From Candidatus Latescibacterota bacterium (GTDB taxonomy: Bacteria > Latescibacterota > UBA2968 > GCA-2709665): a stretch of DNA of 64,000 bases. This document shows, one piece after another, positions 48,950 to 59,602 of this stretch. The stretch's first letter is position 1. The number at the start of each line of letters is the position of its first letter. The stretch lies in contig OZ242180.1 in NCBI GenBank assembly GCA_965205485.1, forward strand, positions 1,984,001-2,048,000, given 5' to 3'. The translations under genes and the position numbers were made by a program. Under the pieces are notes generated by a model that did not search any database, was not told the origin of the DNA, and was given only the letters and a program-made list of their open reading frames with translations.

Positions 48950-49984
48950 ATGGAGGCGGTTGTCAAGACCAAACGGGGTGTTGGATTTCTGGAATTGCGG
49001 GACGTGCCGGAGCCCGAAATAACGGACGACGAGGTTCTTATAGAGATAAAGGCGGCAGGCATCTGCGGCACGGATGTACACGTGAAACACGATACGTTTC
49101 CTTACTGGCCGCCAGTGATCCTGGGCCATGAGTTTTCGGGCGAAATCGTGGAGACCGGGAGATCGGTATCGGATTGGAAGGTGGGCGACCGCGTGGTTGG
49201 CGAGCCGCATACGTTGCACTGCGGCAAGTGTTTCCTGTGTCGAAAGGGACACATTCAGAACTGTCTTGTGAAACGGTCTCCCGGCTGGGGAATCGATGGC
49301 GCTTTTACGAGGTATCTGAAATACCCCACCAATCTGTTGCACCGGATTCCGGACCATATGAGTTTCGAGCAGGGCGCGCTGGTTGAACCGGCGGCCAATA
49401 CGGTTACGGATATCATCGATCGACAGGCCATTGAGGTGGGCGATTTCGTCGTGGTTCTTGGGCCGGGGCCCATCGGCCTTCTGGCCGCCCAGGTTGCCCG
49501 GGTGGCGGGCGCGCGCGAAGTAATGATCGTAGGCGCGCCGGCGGACGAGGAACTGCGCCTGGCGACGGCGCGAAGGCTGGGCGTCGAGCACGTGGTGAAT
49601 TTCGCGGAAGCGGATCCGGTTGAGCGCTGCCTGGAATTGACCGGCGGGAAAGGGGCGGACCTGGTGATCGAGTGCTCGGGCGCCCCTCCGGCCATCGCCC
49701 AGGCGGTCGATCTCGTATGCAAGTGGGGCCGGATTTGCGGCATCGGCCTTACCGGCAAGCGACCCGTGCAACTGGACTGGGACGCGGCCATGACCAAGGT
49801 CGTCACGCTCTATTTCAACATGTCCACCGAATACGCGAGTTGGGACAAAACCATCTGGATGATTGCCGATGGCAAGATCGACGTGGACCCGATCATCACC
49901 CACCGGCTGCCCCTTCGGGATTGGGAGAGAGGGTTTGCGGCCGCCGAGAATATGGAGGCCTTAAAGGTCGTCTTCACGCCTTGA
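48950..49984 (+). CDS. Zinc-dependent alcohol/polyol dehydrogenase (threonine dehydrogenase-like)
   Basis: GICGTD, GHEFSG, structural Zn CGKCFLC...C, GPGPIG. Confidence 0.93.
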   Translation: MEAVVKTKRGVGFLELRDVPEPEITDDEVLIEIKAAGICGTDVHVKHDTFPYWPPVILGHEFSGEIVETGRSVSDWKVGDRVVGEPHTLHCGKCFLCRKGHIQNCLVKRSPGWGIDGAFTRYLKYPTNLLHRIPDHMSFEQGALVEPAANTVTDIIDRQAIEVGDFVVVLGPGPIGLLAAQVARVAGAREVMIVGAPADEELRLATARRLGVEHVVNFAEADPVERCLELTGGKGADLVIECSGAPPAIAQAVDLVCKWGRICGIGLTGKRPVQLDWDAAMTKVVTLYFNMSTEYASWDKTIWMIADGKIDVDPIITHRLPLRDWERGFAAAENMEALKVVFTP

Positions 49985-50008
49985 ATTGATCCCGGCGCCA
50001 GCCAGCAG

Positions 50009-50057
50009 ACGTGAAACTGCCCGCCGCCGCGGTGTGGCGTGTTTCACGTTTTTTTTG
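50009..50057 (+). terminator. Intrinsic terminator
   Basis: ACGTGAAAC...GTTTCACGT followed by T-tract. Confidence 0.65.
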
Positions 50058-50224
50058 CGATAACAGCCGGTACGGATCCGATCGGGTATCGAAGACTTCG
50101 GGAAGACGGAATTCGTACCCACGGGCCGGTCGCCGGTGGGTTCCGGGACCTCCTCTCGGGCCGCAATATCTTGACGTCCGATTGAGAATTCTGTAAGTTT
50201 TCACCTCTCTGAAGGGTCGTCGCC

Positions 50225-50449
50225 ATGAGCGAGTTTTCCGGCTTCGGCAGGGTCCTGATGATTGTTGGGATTCTTCTGTTTTCAGTGGGCTTTGTGCTCT
50301 GGATCGGAGACAGGATTCCATTTGCGGGGCGGTTGCCGGGAGATATCGTCGTTCGCCGGGAGGGTTTCAGGCTCTACTTTCCGATCGTGACCTGCATCGT
50401 GGTCAGCGTCGTCCTTACGCTCGTGCTGAACCTGATTTCCCGGCGGTGA
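50225..50449 (+). CDS. DUF2905 family small membrane protein
   Basis: GRLPGDI...YFPIVTCI motif, typical upstream of queA. Confidence 0.88.
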   Translation: MSEFSGFGRVLMIVGILLFSVGFVLWIGDRIPFAGRLPGDIVVRREGFRLYFPIVTCIVVSVVLTLVLNLISRR

Positions 50450-50547
50450 CCTGAATCGAGCGAATCCACCTTTAGGGACGCCTCCTGAAATCCAGCTGTA
50501 CGCCTGCATTCCTGTCCGGGCATTCCTGACTCCGGACATCGGGTTCA

Positions 50548-51585
50548 ATGGACCTCGCCGACTTCGATTATGAGCTTCCCGAGGAATTGATCGCCCAGTA
50601 CCCGGCGCCCGAGAGGGACGCCGCCCGGCTGATGGTTCTGGATCGGAAGGCAAAACGGATTGACCATGCGGTGTTCCGGTCGTTTCCGGACTTTCTCGGT
50701 CCCGGAGATTGTCTGGTCGTCAATGAGACCCGCGTTTTTCCGGCACGCCTCGCGGGGTTCCGTCCCGGCACGTGCGGGGCCGTTGAATTGTTGCTGGTTC
50801 GTTGCGATGGAGACTGCTGGGAGGTGCTCGCGCGTCCCGGCCGCAGGCTTCGGGAGGGCGCGCAGGTGGCCTTTCCGGACGTGGATCTGGTCGCGGAAGT
50901 GACCGATGTTCTCCCCTCGGGACGACGCATGGTCCGGTTCAAAGGCAGTTCACCCCTCGCGGAGGTGCTGGAAAGCCGGGGCCGCATCCCGCTTCCGCCA
51001 TACATCAGGCGGGAAGAGGAACCGGCGGACCGGGAACGATATCAGTCGGTTTACGCGCGAACCCGCGGGGCCGTGGCCGCGCCTACTGCGGGCTTGCATT
51101 TTACGTCGGATCTGCTGGACCGTATCCGTGCTTCCGGGGTGGAAATCGTCCCCGTTCTGCTCCACGTGGGCCCGGGGACGTTCAAACCCGTGGACGCGGC
51201 GGACCCGCGCCTGCACGAAATGGACGCGGAGTACTTTGAAATTCGCCCCGACGCCGCCGAAAAGGTAAACGAATGCCGTAGGAACGGAAGGCGCGTTGTC
51301 GCGGTTGGAACGACCACCGTGCGGGCGCTGGAGTCGTCGGCCTCGCGGTCGCGCGATAGCTGGACACTCGAACCCGGTTCGGGATGGACCCGGCTGTTTG
51401 TGTATCCTCCGTACCGGTTCAGGCTGATTGACGCGCTGGTGACGAACTTTCATCTTCCCCGTTCTACGTTGCTGATGCTTGTTTCGGCGTTCGCGGATCG
51501 CGCGTTCATTCTGAAGGCGTACGAAGAGGCTGTGCGGACGCGGTATCGGTTCTACAGCTACGGCGACGCGATGTTGATTCAATAG
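50548..51585 (+). CDS. queA: S-adenosylmethionine:tRNA ribosyltransferase-isomerase
   Basis: DFDYELPEELIAQYP, PLPPYI, AAPTAGLHF, HVGPGTF, TNFHLPRST, YRFYSYGDAM. Confidence 0.97.
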   Translation: MDLADFDYELPEELIAQYPAPERDAARLMVLDRKAKRIDHAVFRSFPDFLGPGDCLVVNETRVFPARLAGFRPGTCGAVELLLVRCDGDCWEVLARPGRRLREGAQVAFPDVDLVAEVTDVLPSGRRMVRFKGSSPLAEVLESRGRIPLPPYIRREEEPADRERYQSVYARTRGAVAAPTAGLHFTSDLLDRIRASGVEIVPVLLHVGPGTFKPVDAADPRLHEMDAEYFEIRPDAAEKVNECRRNGRRVVAVGTTTVRALESSASRSRDSWTLEPGSGWTRLFVYPPYRFRLIDALVTNFHLPRSTLLMLVSAFADRAFILKAYEEAVRTRYRFYSYGDAMLIQ

Positions 51586-51594
51586 GCGGGTTAG

Positions 51595-51754
51595 CAGCCC
51601 GTTGAAAAAGTCCATCCGGGCTGCGGCCGGCCCTTGCGGTCGAAATACGGCGTTGCGCTCCCTCGCCGAATCGAGGGATGGGACTCGGTCGCGCGCCTTG
51701 TCTTCGACCACAATGGCTCGGCCTCGCCTGCAGAGCGACTTTATCAACGGACTG
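51595..51754. mobile_element. MITE, 160 bp, 18-bp TIRs, 4-bp TTAG target duplication
   Basis: TTAG|CAGCCCGTTGAAAAAGTC...GACTTTATCAACGGACTG|TTAG (16/18 match). Confidence 0.85.
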
Positions 51755-51774
51755 TTAGGAAATCGTCAGGTGAT

Positions 51775-52980
51775 ATGGTTTACGCCATAGTGCTTGCCGC
51801 CGGCCGCGGTCTGCGGATGGGAGGCGGTCCGCCAAAGCAATTCATGAGCCTGGCCGGGCGTCCGATGCTCTTTCTGGCGTTGACGGCATTCGAACGCGCG
51901 GAAAGGGTCGACCGCGTGGTGGTTGTCGCGCCGGCGGACCGTGTGGATCGATGCCGGGAGGAAATCCGCTCATGGGGCATGGAAAAGGTGACCTCGGTTG
52001 TCGCCGGAGGCGAAAGGCGCCAGGATTCCGTAGCGGAAGGACTTGGGGCGGTTCCGGACAACGCCCGCGTCATTGCAGTCCATGACGGGGCGCGTCCGTT
52101 GATTCTGCCCGAACAGATCGACGCTGTCGTCGATCTGGCCCGCGAGAAGGGCTCGGCAGCAATTGGCACTCCGGTGACGGACACGGTCAAGGAGATCCGA
52201 GACGGGCGTGTTCTGCACACGCTGGACCGGTCGCGAATGTGGCGGGTTCAGACACCGCAGGCGTTTCGCGCGCCAATATTGCGTGAGGCGCATGGCGAGG
52301 CCGCGCGGACGGGGTACTCGGGCACGGACGACGCGTCGCTTGTCGAACAACTGAATGCGCCGGTTTACGTGATGCCGGGCCGGGAGGACAATCTGAAAAT
52401 CACCGCGCCGGAGGATCTGGCAATGGCGGAATCGATCCTGAGATCAAGAGCCGGGAGCGTGCCATCGAATCTGCGGGTGGGGCACGGTTACGACGTGCAC
52501 CGGCTGGTCGCCGGCCGTCCGTTGATACTTGGCGGGGTGGACGTTCCGTTCGACCGGGGTCTGCAGGGGCATTCCGACGCCGACGTGCTTTCCCACGCCG
52601 TTGTCGATGCCGTTCTGGGTGCGATGTGTCTGGGCGATATCGGCACGCATTTTCCGGACGCTGATCCTGCATACAGCGGTATTTCAAGCCTGATTCTGCT
52701 GGATCGGGTGTCGAAGCTGGCAGGCCATGCCGGGGCCGAGATCATGAACGTGGACGCAACGGTGATCGCGCAGCGTCCGAAGCTTGCGCCGTACGTCTCC
52801 GATATGCAGGGAAAGATGGCCGGGGCGCTCGGAATCGCGACGGAACGGCTGTCGGTGAAGGCAACGACAACCGAGGGCCTGGGATTTGCAGGAATGGAAA
52901 AGGGAATCGCCGCTCAGGCGGTCGCCCTGGTCGCGCTCGGGGTGGAACCCCCGCATCCGGGAAGAGGAAATGCGGGATAG
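51775..52980 (+). CDS. ispDF: Bifunctional MEP cytidylyltransferase / MECDP synthase
   Basis: LAAGRGLRMG..PKQF, HDGARP, QTPQAF; GHGYDVH, HSDADV, DIGTHFP, SVKATTTEGLG. Confidence 0.95.
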   Translation: MVYAIVLAAGRGLRMGGGPPKQFMSLAGRPMLFLALTAFERAERVDRVVVVAPADRVDRCREEIRSWGMEKVTSVVAGGERRQDSVAEGLGAVPDNARVIAVHDGARPLILPEQIDAVVDLAREKGSAAIGTPVTDTVKEIRDGRVLHTLDRSRMWRVQTPQAFRAPILREAHGEAARTGYSGTDDASLVEQLNAPVYVMPGREDNLKITAPEDLAMAESILRSRAGSVPSNLRVGHGYDVHRLVAGRPLILGGVDVPFDRGLQGHSDADVLSHAVVDAVLGAMCLGDIGTHFPDADPAYSGISSLILLDRVSKLAGHAGAEIMNVDATVIAQRPKLAPYVSDMQGKMAGALGIATERLSVKATTTEGLGFAGMEKGIAAQAVALVALGVEPPHPGRGNAG

Positions 52981-52986
52981 GTCTCG

Positions 52987-53148
52987 GAAGCCGTTTCAAA
53001 ATTTCCTGTGAGTTCCCGAGCGCGAGCGAAAAAGTGGCGGTCAAGGCGGGAAAACCCGCCCATATTTGTCTATACGGGTGGGTTTGGCCAACGCTGACCG
53101 GCGCTTTTGCAGCCGCGCGAAGACCGCTGGGAATTTTAAAACGGCTTC
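52987..53148. mobile_element. MITE, ~162 bp, 18-bp TIRs, long internal hairpin
   Basis: GAAGCCGTTTCAAAATTT...GAATTTTAAAACGGCTTC (16/18); flanks tcg/tca. Confidence 0.75.
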
Positions 53149-53163
53149 TCAAGGGAGGGCTGG

Positions 53164-53850
53164 TTGGATTTTCCGTTCGATCTTTCGTTCGTGTCTCAGG
53201 CCTGGGAGCAATTTCTGCTGATTCTGAACGATCAGCCCCCGGAGTTGATCTGTTTCTTCTTGTTTCTCGGCGCTTTTCTGGAGAATCTGATACCGCCCAT
53301 TCCCGGCGATACCCTTATCGTATTCGGCGCATATCTGGCGGGGATGGGTATTATCCACCTGGTTCCGGCGTATCTGGCGATGTGGTTGGGCAGCACTTTG
53401 GGATGTCTGCTGGTCTACGCGGTTGCGTACTGGAAGGGTCGCGCGTTCTTTCTGGGTTTCAGGTCCCGGATCTTCTCGGAGAAGAATCTGGACAGGGTGG
53501 AGGCGGGTTTTTCCCGGTACGGCGACCGGATCGTCATCTTCAACCGGTTCCTGCCAACGGTGCGCGCCTTTGTCGGAATCGTCGCCGGCATCAGCAGGAT
53601 ACACCCCGTTCGGATGCTCGTGTACGTCGTCCTCAGTACGCTGCTCTGGAACAGCCTGCTGGTGTATTTCGGTCTGAAGGTAGGCGAAAACTGGGGATTG
53701 GTGGTCGATGCGCTTCGGACCTATAACCGGGTGATACTCGTGCTGATGGCCGCCGGCGGTATCGGGTTCTGGCTGTGGCGACGAAAGAAGCGGCACGAAA
53801 GATCACGTGAATCAATAGATCCGACGCCACCCGAAACCGGGGCCTCCTGA
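53164..53850 (+). CDS. dedA: DedA family membrane protein
   Basis: ENLIPPIPGD, RFLPTVR, AGISR. Confidence 0.9.
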   Translation: MDFPFDLSFVSQAWEQFLLILNDQPPELICFFLFLGAFLENLIPPIPGDTLIVFGAYLAGMGIIHLVPAYLAMWLGSTLGCLLVYAVAYWKGRAFFLGFRSRIFSEKNLDRVEAGFSRYGDRIVIFNRFLPTVRAFVGIVAGISRIHPVRMLVYVVLSTLLWNSLLVYFGLKVGENWGLVVDALRTYNRVILVLMAAGGIGFWLWRRKKRHERSRESIDPTPPETGAS

Positions 53851-53922
53851 ACGCCTGCCCCGCATCGTTTTGTCAATGAAATGTATTACGACACCCGCCA
53901 ATTCTAATCCGGGGTTTCGTCG

Positions 53923-55026
<1,104 letters not shown>

Positions 55027-55070
55027 CCGCACAAAGCGGGTTGCGGGAACACGTCAGCGAGGAACCGTCA

Positions 55071-56483
55071 ATGTCCATTCGGTTTTACAACAGTCTGACC
55101 CGGGAAAAAGAGGAATTCAAAGAGATTGAACCGGGCAGGGTCACGTTCTACAGTTGCGGTCCTACGGTTCACGATTATTCCCACATCGGAAACTTCAAGA
55201 CGTTTATCGTCTTCGACCTGATCAAGCGCTACCTGACGTATCGCGGCTATCGGGTCGATCACGTGATGAACATCACCGACGTGGACGACAATATCATCGG
55301 GAAGGTCCGCGATGAAAAGACGACGCTGAAGGCGCTCACCGAACGGTATACGGCGGCCTTTTTCGAGGACATGGAAACGTTGAATGTGCTGCCGGCCGAT
55401 CGCTATCCGCGGGCGACGGATCACATCCCGGAAATGGTGGAGATGATCGCGCGGATGATCGAAGACGGGCATGCGTACGTACATGAAGGATCCGTCTATT
55501 TTTCGATACGGAGCTTTCCCTCGTACGGGGAACTGGCCCAACTGGATGTGTCCGGTTTACAGGCAGGCGCCAGCGGCGTGGATACCGATAAGTACGACAA
55601 GGAAGACGCGAGGGACTTCGTGCTGTGGAAGGCGTGGAAGCCGGAAGACGGTGACGTTTTCTGGAAAACGGATCTGGGAACGGGAAGGCCGGGCTGGCAC
55701 ATGGAGTGCTCGTGCATGTCCATCAAATATCTGGGGGAAACCATCGACATCCATGCCGGGGCGGTGGACCTGATTTTTCCGCACCACCAGAATGAAATCG
55801 CGCAAAGCGAGGCGGTCACGGGCAAGCGCTTCGTCAATTACTGGCTGCACGGCGCTCACATCAATGTGGATGACGAGAAGATGTCCAAGAGCCTGCGCAA
55901 TTTCCTGACGGTCCGCGATATCGTTAGTTCGCCCGATGACGCGCGTGCCTTCCGGTACCTTGTGGTGAGCAACCACTACCGAACCGCGTTCAATTTCTCA
56001 AAGGAAGTGCTCGACGCCGCAAGGAGTACCATGCGCAGGTTGGACAATTTCAGACGCAGGCTGGGCGAGGTCACGAGGTCAGGCGGCGGAGAAGACCCCG
56101 AACCCTTGATTGAAACGGCGCGTGAGGGATTCGTCAGGCACATGGATGACGATCTGAACACGCCCCGTGCGATGAGCGCCGTTTTTGGAATGGTGAATGC
56201 CGCGGAGGATTTGATCCGTGAGGGACGGTTGGACCGGGACGGCGCCCGCAGCATTGACGGCTTTCTGGATGAGATCGATCAGGTGCTGGGGGTGTTCTAT
56301 ACCACACCCGAGGATGGTGGTGAGGAGGAGCTTCCGGGCGAACTCGTGGCATTGATCGCGGAACGCGACCAGGCGAGGAAGGAGCGGAATTGGGCGCGGG
56401 CGGACGAGATTCGGGACCGGTTCGCGGAAATGGGCTATATGCTCGAGGATACACCGGAAGGGACGGTGTGGAAACGTTCCTGA
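55071..56483 (+). CDS. cysS: Cysteine--tRNA ligase
   Basis: CGPTV, HIGN, GRPGWHMEC, DLIFPHHQNE, KMSKS. Confidence 0.97.
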   Translation: MSIRFYNSLTREKEEFKEIEPGRVTFYSCGPTVHDYSHIGNFKTFIVFDLIKRYLTYRGYRVDHVMNITDVDDNIIGKVRDEKTTLKALTERYTAAFFEDMETLNVLPADRYPRATDHIPEMVEMIARMIEDGHAYVHEGSVYFSIRSFPSYGELAQLDVSGLQAGASGVDTDKYDKEDARDFVLWKAWKPEDGDVFWKTDLGTGRPGWHMECSCMSIKYLGETIDIHAGAVDLIFPHHQNEIAQSEAVTGKRFVNYWLHGAHINVDDEKMSKSLRNFLTVRDIVSSPDDARAFRYLVVSNHYRTAFNFSKEVLDAARSTMRRLDNFRRRLGEVTRSGGGEDPEPLIETAREGFVRHMDDDLNTPRAMSAVFGMVNAAEDLIREGRLDRDGARSIDGFLDEIDQVLGVFYTTPEDGGEEELPGELVALIAERDQARKERNWARADEIRDRFAEMGYMLEDTPEGTVWKRS

Positions 56484-56560
56484 CGGACGGCGACAGGCTT
56501 CCGGGCCGCATGTGGCGTCCTTGCCTTTTACAGACACGGAATATCAGTTGGTGAACCCGG

Positions 56561-56635
56561 GCCGCCCTAGCTCAGCGGTAGAGCAACGGATTTGTAATCC
56601 GTAGGTCGGGGGTTCGAACCCCCCGGGCGGCTCCA
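56561..56635 (+). tRNA. tRNA-Thr(TGT)
   Basis: GCCGCCC/GGGCGGC acceptor stem, anticodon arm ACGGA-TTTGTAA-TCCGT, GTTCGAA T-loop, encoded CCA. Confidence 0.96.
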
Positions 56636-56684
56636 TTTTTCAGGACAACCTCGAGGCTGCCACACAACGCGTCTTGTCACCGGT

Positions 56685-57428
56685 CTAAACCGGGTCGCCG
56701 GTCACCATGTGAATCCTCTGTCCCTCCGCGAACGTGACCGGGGGCTTGTCCACCGCTTCGCCCGCGATCATCTTGTCCAGCACGTCCGCCACACCCGCAA
56801 CCGCGTGCCCGATCAGCATTTCTCCTTTCTCCTCCGTTGCCAGTTTCGCAGCCTCATTGACCATAAGCGCCGCGTGTACACGTTCCGGCGCAAGCGCCAT
56901 CATCGTCGAGGTCTCGAATTCACAGGCGTGACCGGGAAGACGATTGGCCTCCATGGTTGAAAAGACGAGCGCGGGATCGCACACGTCCCAGTACGACTGA
57001 AACCGCAGATTCAGACCCAGGCGTTCCCGGTACTCGTCTATGCGGCGCATGATCGGTTTCACGTTCCCGCCATGGCCGTTCAGAATGAGGATATTTCCGA
57101 TACCCGCCCGCCTGAGTGAATCGCACACGTCGTAAACGTACTCGCAGAAGATCTCGGGCCGCACCGTCAGGGTCCCGATATGCGCCATCCATTGCTCCGA
57201 TACGCCGATGCTTACGGGAGACGCCACCACGACCCGGGGATGTAGACGTATGGCCGCCTGTTCCGCAACGTGGGTAACGTGAAACGCATCGTGAATCATC
57301 GCCAGATGTTCATTGTGTTGTTCGGTGGCGCCGACCGGCACGATCGCCGCCTCGATCTCACCCGATTCCATTCGCTGTCGAAATTCCGTCCGGGTCAGAT
57401 CCCCTACAAATACACGCTTGTCCGCCAT
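56685..57428 (-). CDS. Creatininase family amidohydrolase
   Basis: PVGATEQH, NGHGGN, GHACEFETS. Confidence 0.9.
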   Translation of the reverse strand: MADKRVFVGDLTRTEFRQRMESGEIEAAIVPVGATEQHNEHLAMIHDAFHVTHVAEQAAIRLHPRVVVASPVSIGVSEQWMAHIGTLTVRPEIFCEYVYDVCDSLRRAGIGNILILNGHGGNVKPIMRRIDEYRERLGLNLRFQSYWDVCDPALVFSTMEANRLPGHACEFETSTMMALAPERVHAALMVNEAAKLATEEKGEMLIGHAVAGVADVLDKMIAGEAVDKPPVTFAEGQRIHMVTGDPV

Positions 57429-57453
57429 TGGGAAACTCCTCGAAAGGTCGTTT

Positions 57454-58269
57454 CTACTGCGTATAATTTCGCCGCCAGTTCCAGCTGTCGCTGCCGGAAA
57501 TGAGCGGTCGCATTGCTTCCGGCAGGGTCGCGACGAATTCAGGGCTTACTTCATTGCCCATCCACTCCCGAATCATGGGCGGCGTGTATCCGGCAACCAG
57601 AATCACGCGCTCCCTGTCGCTCCGAATCGCGGTGGTGCTGTGGATTAGCGACTCGCCGAACAGGAGCACCGAACCAGCCCTGGCCTCGACCTGATGGATC
57701 AGCCGCTCGTCGTCCATGGCCGCCCGGATCATTTCTTCGCGCGGCCACGTGAGCCGGTGGCTGCCCGGAATCAGGCATGTGCCTCCATCGTCCGGTCCCA
57801 CGTCCGTCAGGTAGGCGAGCGTCTTCACAAAGATACAATGATACCGTTCCTGCTCCGTATAGCAACCCCACGTTGCAGTTGTTCCCCTGTGAAACCCCGT
57901 TGGATTGGTGTGTCGCCTGCGAAGCTGATCCAGGTCCGCATCCGGATCCCGCCGGTTGATGATCGCCTCCGTCTCCTCCAGCCGCACCGCGCCCCCCACC
58001 ACCTCTTCCACCAGCGGGACCAGACCCGGATGGGCCGCATATTCCAGAAGCGAGGGATCGAATTCCACCAGGTTTCCAAAAAGCACATGATGATCGCCCC
58101 TGGGACGCATGTAGACACGTGGTGCGGCCGCCGGATTGGCCTTCAGCCGGTAGAGCGCCGCCTTCATACGTTCCACCTGGTCCGGCGTCAACGCGTCTTC
58201 CAGCAGGACGTAACCGTACGTATCGAAGTGAAACCGCTGGGACAGCGTCAGGGCTGCCGTCTCGGCCAT
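57454..58269 (-). CDS. Phytanoyl-CoA dioxygenase (PhyH) family protein
   Basis: FDTYGY, YLTDV...GGT-LIPGSH, AGSVLLF...H. Confidence 0.85.
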   Translation of the reverse strand: MAETAALTLSQRFHFDTYGYVLLEDALTPDQVERMKAALYRLKANPAAAPRVYMRPRGDHHVLFGNLVEFDPSLLEYAAHPGLVPLVEEVVGGAVRLEETEAIINRRDPDADLDQLRRRHTNPTGFHRGTTATWGCYTEQERYHCIFVKTLAYLTDVGPDDGGTCLIPGSHRLTWPREEMIRAAMDDERLIHQVEARAGSVLLFGESLIHSTTAIRSDRERVILVAGYTPPMIREWMGNEVSPEFVATLPEAMRPLISGSDSWNWRRNYTQ

Positions 58270-58272
58270 GGC

Positions 58273-59508
58273 TCATTCCTTCCAATCCATTAGATCGCCG
58301 GTATTGGCTTTCACTTTCTCGATCGCTGTCACAATATCGTTCATCCCGTCGGGTTCATCCAGCAACATCGATTGGGATACATTGAAGACGCCGTCCCGGC
58401 ACGCCCACTCGCTCACCGGACAGGGCATCACGCGACACCTGCCCTGTGCTCCGGCGACCTCGCCCGTTTCCAGGTTGAACATCGGATTGTCATACAACGG
58501 ATACGAATACCCTCCGTTCGGGATTCCCTCGGCTTCGAGCGCCCTGCGAAACGTCTCTTTGGGCAGCCCGTCGAATGCGTCTCCGTTATAGGTCATCACA
58601 AACACGTGCCAGCCATGGCGCGTGACGTCGGGAGACACGTACGGCGGATCGATCCCTTCAATCTCTGACAGGCCTCGAATCAGCAGCCTGGCATTCTCCT
58701 CGCGCCTGCGGCTCTGTTCCTCCAACCGCTCGAACTGCGCCTGAAGAATGGCGCCCTGAAACTCCGTCAGCGGGTCGGAAAATCCCAGGTGGTGATGTTC
58801 GTACCAGGGCCGGCCCTTCTTCCTGCCGAACGTGGAAAGCGTATACTTGAGAAAGTCCGCGATCCCTTCGTCGTTCGTGGTTACGATCCCTCCCTCGCCG
58901 CACGTCAGATTCTTGGCGTGGTTGAAACTGTAAACCGCCACGTCGCCCAGACCGCCCAGCATCCTGCCCCGCCATCCGGACGTGTGCGCATGGGCCGCGT
59001 CCCATACGACCTTCAGCCCATGCCGGTCCGCCATCGACCGGATTCCTTCCACGTCCGCGGCGTGTCCGGCGAAGTGCACGGGAATCACGGCTTTCGTGCG
59101 CGGGGAAATTGCGCCTTCAATGGTCTCGGGGGTCGCGCATAACGTCCGGGGATCGATGTCCACAAAGACAATATCCGCGCCTGTTGCCAGGGGCGCCAGC
59201 GCCGTGGCGATGAACGTGTAGGCTGGGACGATCACTTCGTCTCCCGGTCCGACGCCGAACGCCCTCAGGGACAATTCCAGCCCGGCCGTGCAACTGCCCA
59301 TCCCCACGCCGTGCCGCGCATCCGAAAACTCCGCGAATGCATCGCAGAACGCGGTCACCCTCGGGCCGTGAATGGTGCCGCCCCAGAGGCTGGTTTCCAG
59401 GACTTCGCGCAGATGATCCAGATCGCGCCCGTCCGACTGCGGCCAGGACGGAAACGGTTCGGACCGGACGGGGGTCCCGTCCAGAAGCGCCGCCTTATCC
59501 ATCAACAC
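58273..59508 (-). CDS. DegT/DnrJ/EryC1/StrS aminotransferase
   Basis: GDEVIVPAYTFIAT, PVHFAG, DAAHAH, SFNHAKNLTCGEGG. Confidence 0.92.
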   Translation of the reverse strand: MLMDKAALLDGTPVRSEPFPSWPQSDGRDLDHLREVLETSLWGGTIHGPRVTAFCDAFAEFSDARHGVGMGSCTAGLELSLRAFGVGPGDEVIVPAYTFIATALAPLATGADIVFVDIDPRTLCATPETIEGAISPRTKAVIPVHFAGHAADVEGIRSMADRHGLKVVWDAAHAHTSGWRGRMLGGLGDVAVYSFNHAKNLTCGEGGIVTTNDEGIADFLKYTLSTFGRKKGRPWYEHHHLGFSDPLTEFQGAILQAQFERLEEQSRRREENARLLIRGLSEIEGIDPPYVSPDVTRHGWHVFVMTYNGDAFDGLPKETFRRALEAEGIPNGGYSYPLYDNPMFNLETGEVAGAQGRCRVMPCPVSEWACRDGVFNVSQSMLLDEPDGMNDIVTAIEKVKANTGDLMDWKE

Positions 59509-59544
59509 CTCTTCTGACTTGATCCGATTAAGTCATCCATACGA

Positions 59545-59578
59545 GATTACATGGATGAACAGGATGGTCAGGATAAAA
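59545..59578 (+). repeat. Nonamer-period repeat (CAGGATnnn type)
   Basis: gattacatggatgaacaggatggtcaggata. Confidence 0.55.
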
Positions 59579-59602
59579 TAAAAAAAGCCGAAAAACCGCA
59601 CC

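Noticed and set aside
51634..51774. N-terminal extension of IspD in the ORF track
   Set aside because: It is translation of the MITE; the real start is ATG 51775 (MVYAIVLAAG).
56561..59508. Genomic island integrated at tRNA-Thr
   Set aside because: No integrase, no duplicated tRNA 3' end seen, and adjacent genes look native.
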